A DNA stretch of 64,000 bases from Bacteroidota bacterium (GTDB lineage: Bacteria; Bacteroidota; Bacteroidia; AKYH767-A; OLB10), in the NCBI GenBank assembly GCA_024643795.1, contig JAHEMF010000006.1, forward strand, positions 22,112 through 86,111, given 5' to 3'. The translations under genes were made by a program, and so were the position numbers. The notes below the pieces were generated by a model. That model had not been told where the DNA came from. It saw only the letters and a list, made by a program, of their open reading frames with translations, and made no database searches. Shown in pieces: positions 28,903 through 39,103 of this stretch. Within the stretch, counting starts at the first letter, position 1. The number at the start of each line of letters is the position of its first letter.

Positions 28903-30375
28903 CATGAACCTGTGATCTTGTCGGCGGGTAACACTATAAGGCACCGCTTCATTTACCAGTGAATAGGCTTGGTAATACTCGTTTCTTCTGGAATATGAAT
29001 AACCAAGGTCTATTTTTAGATTTTTTTCTCGAAACCCAATTCCACCACACAAACTTTCAACATGCTGATCAAAACTTTCATCAGTGAAATCACTTTTAAA
29101 AGGGGATGTATAATATGCAGCTCCTGCTCGTAGTGAAATATCTTTTATCCTGATTTCAGCTCCTGCCCTCAATGTGTGATTGTTATTTGTATAGAGCGTT
29201 CTGATGTTGTTGTTCTCTGAAGTAAAATTATAGTCTCCGGCTTTTAATTTCATGGTTGTGTAGTCTGAATATTCATAATCTACACTCAGCAAGCCTGACT
29301 TCCCAAATACAAAACCTAAGCTTCCTACAAATTTGAATGGGGTATTTAAGCTGTATGAATAGAACCCGTCCGGAGAGCTCATAGAATACTGATTTCCATT
29401 AACCACAGAGCGCATGGATGAGAAATACTTGTCATTCATATTGTACCAGGTAGGTGAGTGAATGGCAGCGCCAAGCCTTATACCATTGGTCACTCGTACG
29501 ATCATCCCGAATTTCAGATTAAAACCATTACCACTGGTTTCAAGATATTGATTGTATCGCAAGCTTTTGAAGTCGGCAGAAGAATCGGGGTTGATGATAG
29601 TATTATCTACATCCGTTTCTTCAAAGATCGTTTCTTCTTCATATTTGATATTGGGGAAATTGAATGATAAGCCGAGATTGATCCTGTCGTTATAATTAGC
29701 CCCAAACCCGAACGAGAATTCACCTTGATTACCTTTTGATGAAAAACTCCTGCTTTGTAAAACGTTGCCATTGGGTATGATTGACATGTAATCTCCGGCA
29801 GTGTTTGGTACAGGGTCAATAAGATATGTTTGATAGGCAAGGTTAGCATCAAAAGGATAATAAACAGCCAGTTCAGATACTGAAGCTCCTCCATCAAGAT
29901 TAACTGTTTCTGCAAAATAATCAGTTATTGAATTATTAGGATTTATACCCTGATAATAAGAATTGGTACCCAGATCGTTGGTTCTGTTGTTACCTATTGC
30001 AAATGAGATCTGTTTCCAGTTCGATTGCGACTTATCAATTGGTTTTGCAAGCACAAGGCCAATATTTCCAATGGTGATATTGAATTTGCTGTCATCAAAT
30101 TTTCGGCCTTGGAATTCGCTTTCTGTGAGACGTGATATCCCACCTAATGAAAATGAGAATTCAGAACTTCTGTATACTGCTATTCCTGCCGGGTTCACTG
30201 ACATGGTTGAATAATCCCCTCCTAAAGCTCCGAAAGCTCCTGCCAGACCCATCGACCGGGCCGTGGGACCATAAATACTCTGTGAGTATCTAAGGGCATC
30301 TACTTCATTTTGTGCAAATAAACTCAGAGGAAAAAATAGGCATGTACAAAACATGCCTAAAATGATCTTATTCAT
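28879..30375 (-). CDS. OmpP1/FadL-family outer-membrane transporter
   Basis: Signal peptide, DALRYS, TARSMGLAGAFGALGGD...VNPAG hatch motif, terminal IGYRF. Confidence 0.85.
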   Translation of the reverse strand: MNKIILGMFCTCLFFPLSLFAQNEVDALRYSQSIYGPTARSMGLAGAFGALGGDYSTMSVNPAGIAVYRSSEFSFSLGGISRLTESEFQGRKFDDSKFNITIGNIGLVLAKPIDKSQSNWKQISFAIGNNRTNDLGTNSYYQGINPNNSITDYFAETVNLDGGASVSELAVYYPFDANLAYQTYLIDPVPNTAGDYMSIIPNGNVLQSRSFSSKGNQGEFSFGFGANYNDRINLGLSFNFPNIKYEEETIFEETDVDNTIINPDSSADFKSLRYNQYLETSGNGFNLKFGMIVRVTNGIRLGAAIHSPTWYNMNDKYFSSMRSVVNGNQYSMSSPDGFYSYSLNTPFKFVGSLGFVFGKSGLLSVDYEYSDYTTMKLKAGDYNFTSENNNIRTLYTNNNHTLRAGAEIRIKDISLRAGAAYYTSPFKSDFTDESFDQHVESLCGGIGFREKNLKIDLGYSYSRRNEYYQAYSLVNEAVPYSVTRRQDHRFMLTIGYRF

Positions 30376-30389
30376 AATTCTGAATTATA

Positions 30390-31979
30390 TTATGGTCTGG
30401 TTCTTCCTGTTGAATTGCTCACATTACCTCTTGAGTTAGATGAGCTGTTTCCACTTTGGTATGAACTTCCTGAGCTCCTGGGACTACTATTTGAACCACC
30501 TACGGAGCTACGACCCGGTTTTGAATTAGAACCATAATTGGAATTACTTGGTCTCGGAGAGCTTTGGTAATTGCCTTTTGGTGCTGAAGGTCGTGGGTTG
30601 CTATTATAACTGCTACCGTTACTTCCTTTAGGATTCACACTGGACCTTGGTTTATTCTGTGTCGGACTACTCTTTGAAGGGGTAGTACTTCTGGGAGTAG
30701 ACTGATAGCTTGGTTGTCCGCTTTTTGAAGGACTGCTGCTTCTTGGTTTGGATTGGTAAGAAGGAGTAGAACTCTTACTAGGCTGAGTAGTGCTCTTAGG
30801 ACGTGGAGTTGACTGGTAGTTATTGCCTTTATCATTTTCAGATTCACTACCTGAAGGTCTGGGGCTGCTAGTGTAAGAATTACTCTTCACAGGAGCAGAA
30901 GAATTCCCTTTCACATCTTTAGATCCGGAATTAGAGGGGCGTGGAGATGATGTATAATTGCCATCCTTATCCTTACTCTCTCCTGAAGTAGAAGAAGGTC
31001 TTGGAGTAGATGTATGATTAGAATTATCATCTCCTTTGTTAACTCCTGTGTTTGCAGGACGAGGTGTTGAAACACTGGATCCTCTTGGACTCTCATTTGC
31101 TGCAGGATTCATTGGTCTGGGATCAGAACTATGGCTGGATATTGCCGCACGCTCGCCCCTGTCAGCAATAACAGTTTGCTGATAAAGTTGTCCTACACCA
31201 GCTGTAGAGTATGGTGAGTAAAAAGTATTTGATCCACCTGAGCTGCCGCCACTGTTTCTGGGCCCATAGTAATAACTGTGGTTATCATAACTATTGAAAT
31301 AGTATGGGTTATTATACCAATTACTATAATAGCCATTATAATAACCTGCATTGTAACCGGCGTAGTATCCGTTATTATAACCGTTCCAATATGAATTGTA
31401 ATATCCGCCACCACCATAACAGCTGTTGCTGCCATACCAAGGATTGTAACTGTATCCACATGGGTTATAACAATAGTTATAATATGGTGTGTAATAAGTA
31501 GGTGTCCACCAGTTATAGGATAAGTATATACTTACACCATACGAATATGGGTTGTAGTTGTACCAGTATGAATTTGTGAACCATCCGTCATAGTAACCAA
31601 ATCCAAGGCTAACGTTTGTGTGAAAACGTCTCAGCCGTGATGAGTATGCATAATCATAGTAATCATCTTCATCATAGTAGTAGTTGTTGGTCACATAGGT
31701 ATTGCCTGCTCCATCCTGTTCTGTGGTTACATTGTCAGGTTGATCATCATATCCGAACCTATCATTATTTTGTTCGGCGGAAGAATAATTCTCAGCTTGA
31801 GTTTGATTTTGTCCTTCATCTCCGTACAAAGCTTCCGGATCCCGGGAACTTTGATTATCATTTGATGAATAATAGACATCGTCATAGTTCTCACTGTTTC
31901 TTGCCATCTTGTTAGAAGATGAACATGAACTGATGGTCACGGCTGACACAGCGATAAGAATAATTGATAAAGCTTTCAT
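30390..31979 (-). CDS. Low-complexity lipoprotein (Y/G/N-rich middle, S/P/R-rich disordered tail)
   Basis: Lipobox ISSC, YDDVYYS, YSSRLRRFH, then Tyr/Gly/Asn repeats and many xPRP/xPRS units. Confidence 0.8.
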   Translation of the reverse strand: MKALSIILIAVSAVTISSCSSSNKMARNSENYDDVYYSSNDNQSSRDPEALYGDEGQNQTQAENYSSAEQNNDRFGYDDQPDNVTTEQDGAGNTYVTNNYYYDEDDYYDYAYSSRLRRFHTNVSLGFGYYDGWFTNSYWYNYNPYSYGVSIYLSYNWWTPTYYTPYYNYCYNPCGYSYNPWYGSNSCYGGGGYYNSYWNGYNNGYYAGYNAGYYNGYYSNWYNNPYYFNSYDNHSYYYGPRNSGGSSGGSNTFYSPYSTAGVGQLYQQTVIADRGERAAISSHSSDPRPMNPAANESPRGSSVSTPRPANTGVNKGDDNSNHTSTPRPSSTSGESKDKDGNYTSSPRPSNSGSKDVKGNSSAPVKSNSYTSSPRPSGSESENDKGNNYQSTPRPKSTTQPSKSSTPSYQSKPRSSSPSKSGQPSYQSTPRSTTPSKSSPTQNKPRSSVNPKGSNGSSYNSNPRPSAPKGNYQSSPRPSNSNYGSNSKPGRSSVGGSNSSPRSSGSSYQSGNSSSNSRGNVSNSTGRTRP

Positions 31980-32116
31980 AACTGCCGTTTTTAAATTTGA
32001 CTCATTTAATTTCCAATGGTTTAGCGATAGATTGCTAATATTAGATAACTTTCACAATTTTGTCGCTGATTATGAAATAAACAAATATCATACCAACTTC
32101 TTTTCAAAGTTAATCA

Positions 32117-33592
32117 ATGGCAAAACAACTTACAACGCGCGAACAGAACTACTCTGAATGGTATCAAGACCTTGTGATCAAGGCGGACATGGCTGAGAAT
32201 TCAGCTGTTAGAGGCTGCATGGTCATCAAGCCCTATGGATTTGCAATATGGGAAAAGATGCAGAGTGCACTTGATCAAATGTTCAAAGATACCGGTCATG
32301 TAAACGCATATTTTCCACTTTTTATTCCAAAATCCTTTTTTAGCAAGGAAGCGGCTCATATTGAGGGCTTTGCGAAAGAATGTGCAGTGGTAACACATTA
32401 CAGACTGAAGAATACACCAGATGGGAAGGGAATAGAAGTTGACCCCGAGGCAAAGCTGGAAGAAGAGCTTATTGTACGTCCTACTTCTGAAACTATTATA
32501 TGGAACACCTACAGAAACTGGATCCAATCTTATCGTGATCTCCCAATACTTTGTAATCAATGGGCAAACGTGGTGCGCTGGGAGATGCGAACGCGCTTGT
32601 TTCTCAGAACCGCCGAATTTCTTTGGCAGGAAGGCCACACTGCCCATGCCACAGAAAAGGAAGCCAGAGAAGAAACAATGAAAATGCTTGATGTTTATGG
32701 AACATTCGCAGAAGAGTTCATGGCAATGCCGGTTCTGAAAGGTGTAAAAACAGCCAATGAACGTTTTGCCGGTGCCATCGATACCTTTTGTATTGAAGCA
32801 CTGATGCAGGATGGTAAGGCACTCCAGGCAGGTACTTCCCATTTTCTGGGTCAAAATTTCGCTAAGGCATTTGATGTAAAGTTCACTACCAAAGAAGGTG
32901 TTCAGGAACATGTTTGGGCTACCTCCTGGGGAGTATCAACCAGATTGATCGGAGCCCTTATCATGGCTCATTCAGATGATAATGGTTTAATATTACCTCC
33001 TAAACTGGCACCTATTCAGGTAGTGATCGTGCCAATTTATAAGAATGAAGAGCAACTGGCTCAAATTAGTGAAGTTGCCGGAAAGATTACCTCAGAGCTT
33101 AAAAGCAAGGGCATATCTGTTAAATATGACGACCGTGACACTCATAAACCCGGCTGGAAATTCAGTGAATATGAATTAAAAGGAGTCCCGGTTCGGATTG
33201 CAATTGGTCCCAGAGATATAGAAAATGGTACAGTAGAAGTGGCCAGAAGGGATACGATGGAAAAGACTACTTATCAGCTTATGGATCTGTCATTGAAAAT
33301 TGAACACCTTCTGGATAAGATCCAGCAAAATATTTATACTAAAGCTCTTGAATTCAGAGACGAAACTACACATGTGGCTGATAGTTTTGATGAGTTTAAG
33401 AAGTTGCTTGATACCAAAGGCGGATTCATCAGAGCACATTGGGATGGTACTACAGATACTGAGCTGAAGATCAAAGAGTTAACTAAAGCAACCATCCGTT
33501 GTATACCTTTAAATGAGAAACCTGAAGCAGGCAAATGTATCTTAACGGGAAATCCAAGTATTCAAAGAGTGGTTTTTGCACGTGCATATTGA
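32117..33592 (+). CDS. proS: Proline--tRNA ligase (archaeal/eukaryotic type)
   Basis: [48 protein letters not shown]-terminal FARAY. Confidence 0.97.
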   Translation: MAKQLTTREQNYSEWYQDLVIKADMAENSAVRGCMVIKPYGFAIWEKMQSALDQMFKDTGHVNAYFPLFIPKSFFSKEAAHIEGFAKECAVVTHYRLKNTPDGKGIEVDPEAKLEEELIVRPTSETIIWNTYRNWIQSYRDLPILCNQWANVVRWEMRTRLFLRTAEFLWQEGHTAHATEKEAREETMKMLDVYGTFAEEFMAMPVLKGVKTANERFAGAIDTFCIEALMQDGKALQAGTSHFLGQNFAKAFDVKFTTKEGVQEHVWATSWGVSTRLIGALIMAHSDDNGLILPPKLAPIQVVIVPIYKNEEQLAQISEVAGKITSELKSKGISVKYDDRDTHKPGWKFSEYELKGVPVRIAIGPRDIENGTVEVARRDTMEKTTYQLMDLSLKIEHLLDKIQQNIYTKALEFRDETTHVADSFDEFKKLLDTKGGFIRAHWDGTTDTELKIKELTKATIRCIPLNEKPEAGKCILTGNPSIQRVVFARAY

Positions 33593-33610
33593 TTTGTTAC
33601 CTTTAAAGTG

Positions 33611-34306
33611 ATGTCAGAACCTTCATCTACACACGAGCAAATAATGAAATCTCTCATTGAAAAAGGGGGATTGAAACTTGATGTTTTTAAAAATACTCAG
33701 TTAGCATTTGGTTGGCTTAAATCAAGTTTAAGGGATCTTGAGCTTTCACTTAGGAAGGAAATGCAGAAGATTGATAAACGGGTAGTTATCAAGTATATAG
33801 ATAGGGGCCCCTTTAGTGCAGAATTTAGAATCTCAGATGACGTACTCATCTTTAATATGCACACCAATATCTTCACTTTTCATGAAAGCCATTCAATATG
33901 GCGCACATCTTATGTACAAGATCAGAACCTGCGCACATTCAGTGGTATGATCTCTATTTATAATTTCCTGACAGATTCTCTGAACCTGAACAGGTCTAAT
34001 GATGTTGGATACCTGATTGCTCGGATTTTTGTCAATAAAGAGATGCATTACTTCATGGAAGGCAAGAAGCAGCTGGGTTTTTTATTCAATGATTTTGGAC
34101 ATGAAGTGATAAACGAACTGAAAATTAAGGCAATTGTGGAATCTGCTGTAGCGTATTGCCTTAATTTTGACATATATACACCGCCATTTGATAAAGTGAA
34201 TGTAATATCGGTTCAGGAGGTTACCGAAAGCAGCCTTTCAAATCTGACCGCAACAGGTAAACGACTGGGTTTCAAACTCCAATCAGACTCAGATCTGATA
34301 GAATGA
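33611..34306 (+). CDS. Conserved hypothetical protein
   Basis: Long clean ORF between proS and tRNA-Glu with conserved-looking blocks (MHTNIF, IYNFLTDS, GYLIARIF, TGKRLGF). Confidence 0.75.
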   Translation: MSEPSSTHEQIMKSLIEKGGLKLDVFKNTQLAFGWLKSSLRDLELSLRKEMQKIDKRVVIKYIDRGPFSAEFRISDDVLIFNMHTNIFTFHESHSIWRTSYVQDQNLRTFSGMISIYNFLTDSLNLNRSNDVGYLIARIFVNKEMHYFMEGKKQLGFLFNDFGHEVINELKIKAIVESAVAYCLNFDIYTPPFDKVNVISVQEVTESSLSNLTATGKRLGFKLQSDSDLIE

Positions 34307-34331
34307 CCAAGAATTTTCTTCTCAATCTATG

Positions 34332-34362
34332 TTGGGAATCAATTCCATTTTCTTTACCTTTG
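34332..34362 (+). promoter_or_regulatory. Promoter for tRNA-Glu/rpsT
   Basis: TTG (34332-34334), 20-nt spacer, TACCTTTG (34355-34362). Confidence 0.6.
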
Positions 34363-34388
34363 CGAACTCTTTTCGAAGAGCTAGATTC

Positions 34389-34461
34389 GGCCCGTTCGTC
34401 TAGGGGTCTAGGACATCTCCCTTTCACGGAGGAAACACGGGTTCGATTCCCGTACGGGCTA
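34389..34461 (+). tRNA. tRNA-Glu (anticodon TTC), CCA not encoded
   Basis: Acceptor GGCCCGT/ACGGGCT, D-arm GTCTAGGGGTCTAGGAC, anticodon loop CT-TTC-AC, T-loop GTTCGATTC. Confidence 0.96.
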
Positions 34462-34513
34462 CTAACATTAATACAGTTTTTTCTAAACAGAGAAACTAAA
34501 ATATCATAAGAAA

Positions 34514-34768
34514 ATGGCTAACCATAAGTCAGCAATTAAAAGAATCAGATCAAACGAGGCCAAGCAGGTCAGAAATCGTTATCAGGCTAAAACTATGCGC
34601 AATGCTCTTAAGAAAATGAGAGAATTGAATGATAAAAGTGAGTTGACCAAACAACTGCCTGAAATGATGTCAATGCTAGATACATTGGCTAAGAAAAATG
34701 TGATCCACAAGAAGAAAGCTGCAAACCTTAAATCAGGCTTGATGAAAAGGGTCAATGCCTCTGCTTGA
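34514..34768 (+). CDS. rpsT: 30S ribosomal protein S20
   Basis: MANHKSAIKRIR, NVIHKKKAANLKS. Confidence 0.97.
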   Translation: MANHKSAIKRIRSNEAKQVRNRYQAKTMRNALKKMRELNDKSELTKQLPEMMSMLDTLAKKNVIHKKKAANLKSGLMKRVNASA

Positions 34769-34789
34769 TTTTTTGATCTACTAGTATTT

Positions 34790-34818
34790 ATACCCTTCTC
34801 CGGAAGGGTATTTTGTTT
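34790..34818 (+). terminator. Intrinsic terminator after rpsT
   Basis: ATACCCTTC-TCCG-GAAGGGTAT followed by TTTGTTT. Confidence 0.8.
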
Positions 34819-34856
34819 AACACACTTTTCATAATGTGCTTTTTATCTTTTTTTCA

Positions 34857-35543
34857 ATGGAAAAACCAACCATCAAACACTGGTCAGAAGATGACCGGCC
34901 AAGAGAAAAACTTTTTAGATTGGGTCGGCACAATTTAGCTAATGCTGAATTGATAGCTTTATTGATAAGAACCGGAAGTGGTTCAGAGACCGCCATGGAC
35001 TTAGCTTACAAGATCTTGTACCACTGCAACAATGACCTGCACAAACTATCAAGGTTAAATGCAAATGAGTTGGGAAGGTTTAAAGGAATGGGTGCAACTA
35101 AGGCTGCATGTATTTTGGCAGCACTGGAATTGGGAAAAAGAAGCATAAGTTCAATTCCGAAAAATATTGAACGAATTACTTCAAGCAGTGAAGCATCTTC
35201 CTTACTTTTTTCTCATTTGTCAGACCTTCCACATGAAGAATTCTGGCTCTTGTTGTTAGACAGGTCCAATAATATAATCAGCAAAATACAGTTAAGCAAA
35301 GGTGGGGTATCCGGAACACTGGTTGATCCTAAATTGGTATTTAAATCCGCAGTAGACAACCTGGCATCGGGGATAATTTTGTTTCATAATCACCCAAGTG
35401 GTAACTTAAAGCCCAGTGAATCGGATATCAAGCTAACCACAAAATTGAAAAATGCCGGAAGTGTTTTAGAAATTGCTGTATTAGACCATATAATAATAAG
35501 TTCAAAGGGTTATTTTAGTTTTGCTGATGAGGGGATAATGTGA
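34857..35543 (+). CDS. radC: RadC/UPF0758 JAB-domain protein (full length)
   Basis: DDRPREKL, HhH GMGATKA, HEEFW, HNHPSGNLKPSESD, LDHIII. Confidence 0.93.
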   Translation: MEKPTIKHWSEDDRPREKLFRLGRHNLANAELIALLIRTGSGSETAMDLAYKILYHCNNDLHKLSRLNANELGRFKGMGATKAACILAALELGKRSISSIPKNIERITSSSEASSLLFSHLSDLPHEEFWLLLLDRSNNIISKIQLSKGGVSGTLVDPKLVFKSAVDNLASGIILFHNHPSGNLKPSESDIKLTTKLKNAGSVLEIAVLDHIIISSKGYFSFADEGIM

Positions 35544-35578
35544 AAATCTGCCACGAATCAATAAATTAGTGGAGTCAA

Positions 35579-36895
35579 ATGGAAGATCAAAGATTACTTG
35601 TTTCTGTGAAAAGGGTAACCACCCGACTGAGATATACTTTTGATCTTATCTTTAAGGATATTCTGGGAATTGAATATAGTTTTGAGACGGATAAAGATCT
35701 GTTTATTCAATCAAAACAACCTAAGATCACGTATGATGTTCACCCGATTGGAGATGAGTTGTTTTTTTATTCAGCCGGTATCCTCTTTGAAAAGGGCATA
35801 GAGGATCAGAACCTTGCAGTGATTGATTGGGCAGGAACAAAAGGATTGTTTGCGACACATCCTAAATATGTAATTCCGTTTGACCCGTTTGCCGCATCAT
35901 TTTACATGATATCCAGATATGAAGAGTATTTACCACATCACCGGGATATCCACAACAGATACGATGCTACAGAAAGTATTGCATTCAAGAAAGACTTTTT
36001 ACATCAACCTGTAATAGACATATATGCACATGCAATCAGAGACCTGATAACTTCCAGATATCCTCATTTTATTTTTCCAGAGCGGAAATATAAATTCACA
36101 TCTACTATTGACATTGATAATGCATGGGCGTATCTTGAAAAAGGGATACTCAGAACCATAGGTGCTTTTGGTAAGTCTTTGATCAATTTAGATACTGAAG
36201 AGGCCGTAGAGAGGCTAAAAGTCTTATTAAAGATGAAAGCGGATCCATATGATACCTATGACTTCCAGTTAGAGCTTCAGAAGGAGTTGAAATTTAAGGT
36301 CATCTACTTTTTTCTTTTAGGGGAATATGGGACTAATGACAGGAACGTGCCCGTTGACTCCAGAAAGTTACATTCATTGATTAAATCATTGGCCGATTAT
36401 GCAGACACGGGGATACACCCTTCATACGGTTCCAATTCTAATCCGGAAAGGTTAAGGAAGGAACTCCGGATCCTGAACCAGATCTTAAAGCGGGAGGTCC
36501 ATAATAGCCGGCAGCATTTCCTGGTATTAAGGATTCCTGAAACTTATCGCAATTTGATCGACCTCGACATTACCGATGACTATACCATGGGATATGCTAT
36601 CAGACCAGGATTCAGGGCAGGAACCTGCACGCCATTTAAATTCTATGATCTTGATAATGAAGTCAAGACCAACCTGACCATTCATCCATTTGCTGTGATG
36701 GATGCAACATTAAAATTCTATATGAAACTTGAACCATCTGAGGCGATGAGCATAATCGGTCCTTTGATCAGTGAAGTTAAGAAGGTAAGCGGGAACTTTA
36801 TCAGCTTATGGCATAATGAATCGCTAAGTGAAAACAAGATCTGGAATGGTTGGAAAGCGGTATATGAACAACTTGTAAGAGAAGCTGTAGAATGA
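35579..36895 (+). CDS. Polysaccharide deacetylase-like (CE4/DUF7033-type) protein
   Basis: SRYEEY, TIDIDN, GIHPSY, SRQHFL, DYTMGY...GFRAGTC, MDATL, LWHN. Confidence 0.8.
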   Translation: MEDQRLLVSVKRVTTRLRYTFDLIFKDILGIEYSFETDKDLFIQSKQPKITYDVHPIGDELFFYSAGILFEKGIEDQNLAVIDWAGTKGLFATHPKYVIPFDPFAASFYMISRYEEYLPHHRDIHNRYDATESIAFKKDFLHQPVIDIYAHAIRDLITSRYPHFIFPERKYKFTSTIDIDNAWAYLEKGILRTIGAFGKSLINLDTEEAVERLKVLLKMKADPYDTYDFQLELQKELKFKVIYFFLLGEYGTNDRNVPVDSRKLHSLIKSLADYADTGIHPSYGSNSNPERLRKELRILNQILKREVHNSRQHFLVLRIPETYRNLIDLDITDDYTMGYAIRPGFRAGTCTPFKFYDLDNEVKTNLTIHPFAVMDATLKFYMKLEPSEAMSIIGPLISEVKKVSGNFISLWHNESLSENKIWNGWKAVYEQLVREAVE

Positions 36896-37803
36896 TAAAA
36901 TATATCAATCATACAGATATTGATAAAGGCAAGTGGGATAACGCGATTTCAGAAGCGAAAAATGGGACCATTTGTGCATATTCATGGTATCTGGATATTG
37001 TTTCACCAGGGTGGGATGCTTTGATAACAGATGATTACAGTGAAATATTTCCAGTTACTAAAGCAAAAAAATATGGTATAGAGTACTTAAGACAACCTCT
37101 TTTTACGCAGCAACTGGGTTTAATAACATGCCGGTCAAGTAGTGAACCGGATTGTAGTGAACAGCTTGAGATTTTACGGAAAAAGTTTAAGCTTATTGAG
37201 ATCAATCTCAGATATAATAATGTTTTTTTTCATGATAAATATATTCGGACAGACAGGCCTAACAGTGAATTAAATATTTCATTAAGGTATGAGCACATCT
37301 ATGATGGATATAGTGAGAATATCAAACGTAATATTAAGAAAGCAATAAAAGCAGAGTTGTCAGTTTCAAACAAAGGTGACCTGCATGATGTAATAGCACT
37401 TTTCAGAAATAATAGAGGAAAAACAATTCAAGGATTTTCAGAATCATCTTATATTTTGTTAAGACGTATTGTTGACCAGGCAATACAAAAGGGTTGTGGA
37501 GAAATCTATATTACGATCGACAAAAACTCGATGCCATGTGCCGGTGCAGTTATTCTCAAAGGGCATGGCATTTGTCTTTTTTTATTCTCCGGGTTAAATT
37601 CAAGAGGTAAAAGCCTGGGTGCAATGCCTTTTTTGATTGATAAAATCATACAAAATAATTGTGAAAAATTCGAAAAATTCGACTTTGAAGGATCACGAGA
37701 TATGAATCTTGCAAGGTTTTATAATTCTTTTGGTTCCCATGAAAGTGTATATTTACATATCAGGTATAATAAATTACCATATCCTTTCAGGTGGTTTAAA
37801 TAA
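36892..37803 (+). CDS. GNAT/FemAB-like acyltransferase
   Basis: YSWYLD, QPLFTQQLG, RNIKKA, FDFEGS...LARFYNSFG; 4-nt overlap with the upstream gene. Confidence 0.75.
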   Translation: MIKYINHTDIDKGKWDNAISEAKNGTICAYSWYLDIVSPGWDALITDDYSEIFPVTKAKKYGIEYLRQPLFTQQLGLITCRSSSEPDCSEQLEILRKKFKLIEINLRYNNVFFHDKYIRTDRPNSELNISLRYEHIYDGYSENIKRNIKKAIKAELSVSNKGDLHDVIALFRNNRGKTIQGFSESSYILLRRIVDQAIQKGCGEIYITIDKNSMPCAGAVILKGHGICLFLFSGLNSRGKSLGAMPFLIDKIIQNNCEKFEKFDFEGSRDMNLARFYNSFGSHESVYLHIRYNKLPYPFRWFK

Positions 37804-37815
37804 ATTCATCAAATT

Positions 37816-38463
37816 ATGGTTCACAACTTAAGTAAGCAGAATTCACTCATGACTGAATTCATTTCAGAAATTAGAAATGCAGATATTCAAAAAGACCGCA
37901 TGAGATTCAGGAGGAATATGGAACGAATAGGTGAAATCGCGGCATATGAAATAAGTAAGAAGTTTAATTACCGGAATTCTGAAGTTGTGACCCCATTAGG
38001 AATTTCGAACATGAATGTGCTTGTTGAGCAACCGGTGGTTGCCACAATATTACGTGCTGGATTACCCCTGCATCAAGGGGTGTTGAACTATTTTGACAGA
38101 GCAGATAATGCTTTCATCTCTGCATACAGACGGCATCATAAAGATGGCAGTTTTGATATTCATCTTGAATATGTGGCCAGCCCTGACCTGGAGAATAGGA
38201 ATCTGATTCTTTGCGACCCTATGCTAGCCACAGGTCAATCAATGGTGATGACCTACAGATCTATTTTGCAAAAAGGTAAACCTAAAAGCACACATATTGT
38301 TTGTGCTATAGCTTGTACTCAAGGTATTGAATATGTTAAGAGAAACTTACCCACTGGTATTGAAATTTGGGTAGGTGCAATTGATGAGGAACTAACAGCT
38401 CAGGCTTATATAGTACCCGGTTTGGGTGATGCAGGAGATCTGGCATTCGGAGATAAGAGTTAA
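37816..38463 (+). CDS. upp: Uracil phosphoribosyltransferase
   Basis: ILRAGLPL, DPMLATG, YIVPGLGDAGD. Confidence 0.96.
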   Translation: MVHNLSKQNSLMTEFISEIRNADIQKDRMRFRRNMERIGEIAAYEISKKFNYRNSEVVTPLGISNMNVLVEQPVVATILRAGLPLHQGVLNYFDRADNAFISAYRRHHKDGSFDIHLEYVASPDLENRNLILCDPMLATGQSMVMTYRSILQKGKPKSTHIVCAIACTQGIEYVKRNLPTGIEIWVGAIDEELTAQAYIVPGLGDAGDLAFGDKS

Positions 38464-38527
38464 CCCGGGTTAATAATACCAACATTTGCTTAAATATTTA
38501 ATTTTAAGATGCTAAGTCTTCATACCA

Positions 38528-39103
38528 TTGAGTGAGTTTGTCAAAATATTACTCATTATCCTGCTTAGCAGTGTGAAGTTTGTTGCAGGTCCGCCTTTTG
38601 CCTACTTTGATGAGCGTTACGATTTCAGTTTTTTTGAAACTGTGCTTTACTGTGTGATAGGAGGGATGCTGGGAGTATGGGTATTTACTTTTTTCAGCCT
38701 TGAAATTCAACTAACATGGGATTGGATCAAACACAGATTCAAAAAGATGGTTAATTACCGGCCTGTGTTCTCCAAACCTAAGGCAACTGAATCGGGGATC
38801 AGCATCAATTATACCTATGTTGAAAATCCAAAGGCTATAGTTAAAAAGGTATTCAGTCCCAGATCAAGAAAAATTGTTAAGTTATGGAAGAAGTATGGTC
38901 TCATAGGTATAGCATTCCTTACTCCTGTATTAATATCTATACCTATTGGTACAATAATAGCTAACACTTTTGAAAGCAATAAAGCGCGAATCTTTCTTTA
39001 TATGTTCATATCCATAGTATTTTGGTCAATAACTTTTACTTCTGTTTTTGAAATACTCCATGTTGTTAACATTCACCAATTAAAAGAACGACTTATAGGA
39101 TGA
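38528..39103 (+). CDS. Hypothetical membrane protein
   Basis: Several TM helices, KYGLIGIAFLTPVLISIPIG motif; TTG start. Confidence 0.7.
   Translation: MSEFVKILLIILLSSVKFVAGPPFAYFDERYDFSFFETVLYCVIGGMLGVWVFTFFSLEIQLTWDWIKHRFKKMVNYRPVFSKPKATESGISINYTYVENPKAIVKKVFSPRSRKIVKLWKKYGLIGIAFLTPVLISIPIGTIIANTFESNKARIFLYMFISIVFWSITFTSVFEILHVVNIHQLKERLIG

Noticed and set aside
32201..32911. 236-aa antisense ORF inside proS
   Set aside because: Shadow frame of a highly conserved gene, with no recognisable motif.
34303..34509. 68-aa ORF in the track
   Set aside because: Overlaps tRNA-Glu and its promoter; spurious.
34389..35543. tRNA-Glu next to radC as a possible integrative element
   Set aside because: No integrase, no duplicated tRNA 3' end seen, and radC is the full-length chromosomal type next to rpsT.
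38460..38473. Perfect 14-bp palindrome TTAACCCGGGTTAA at the upp stop
   Set aside because: No loop or U-tract, and seen only once; cannot be distinguished from chance.
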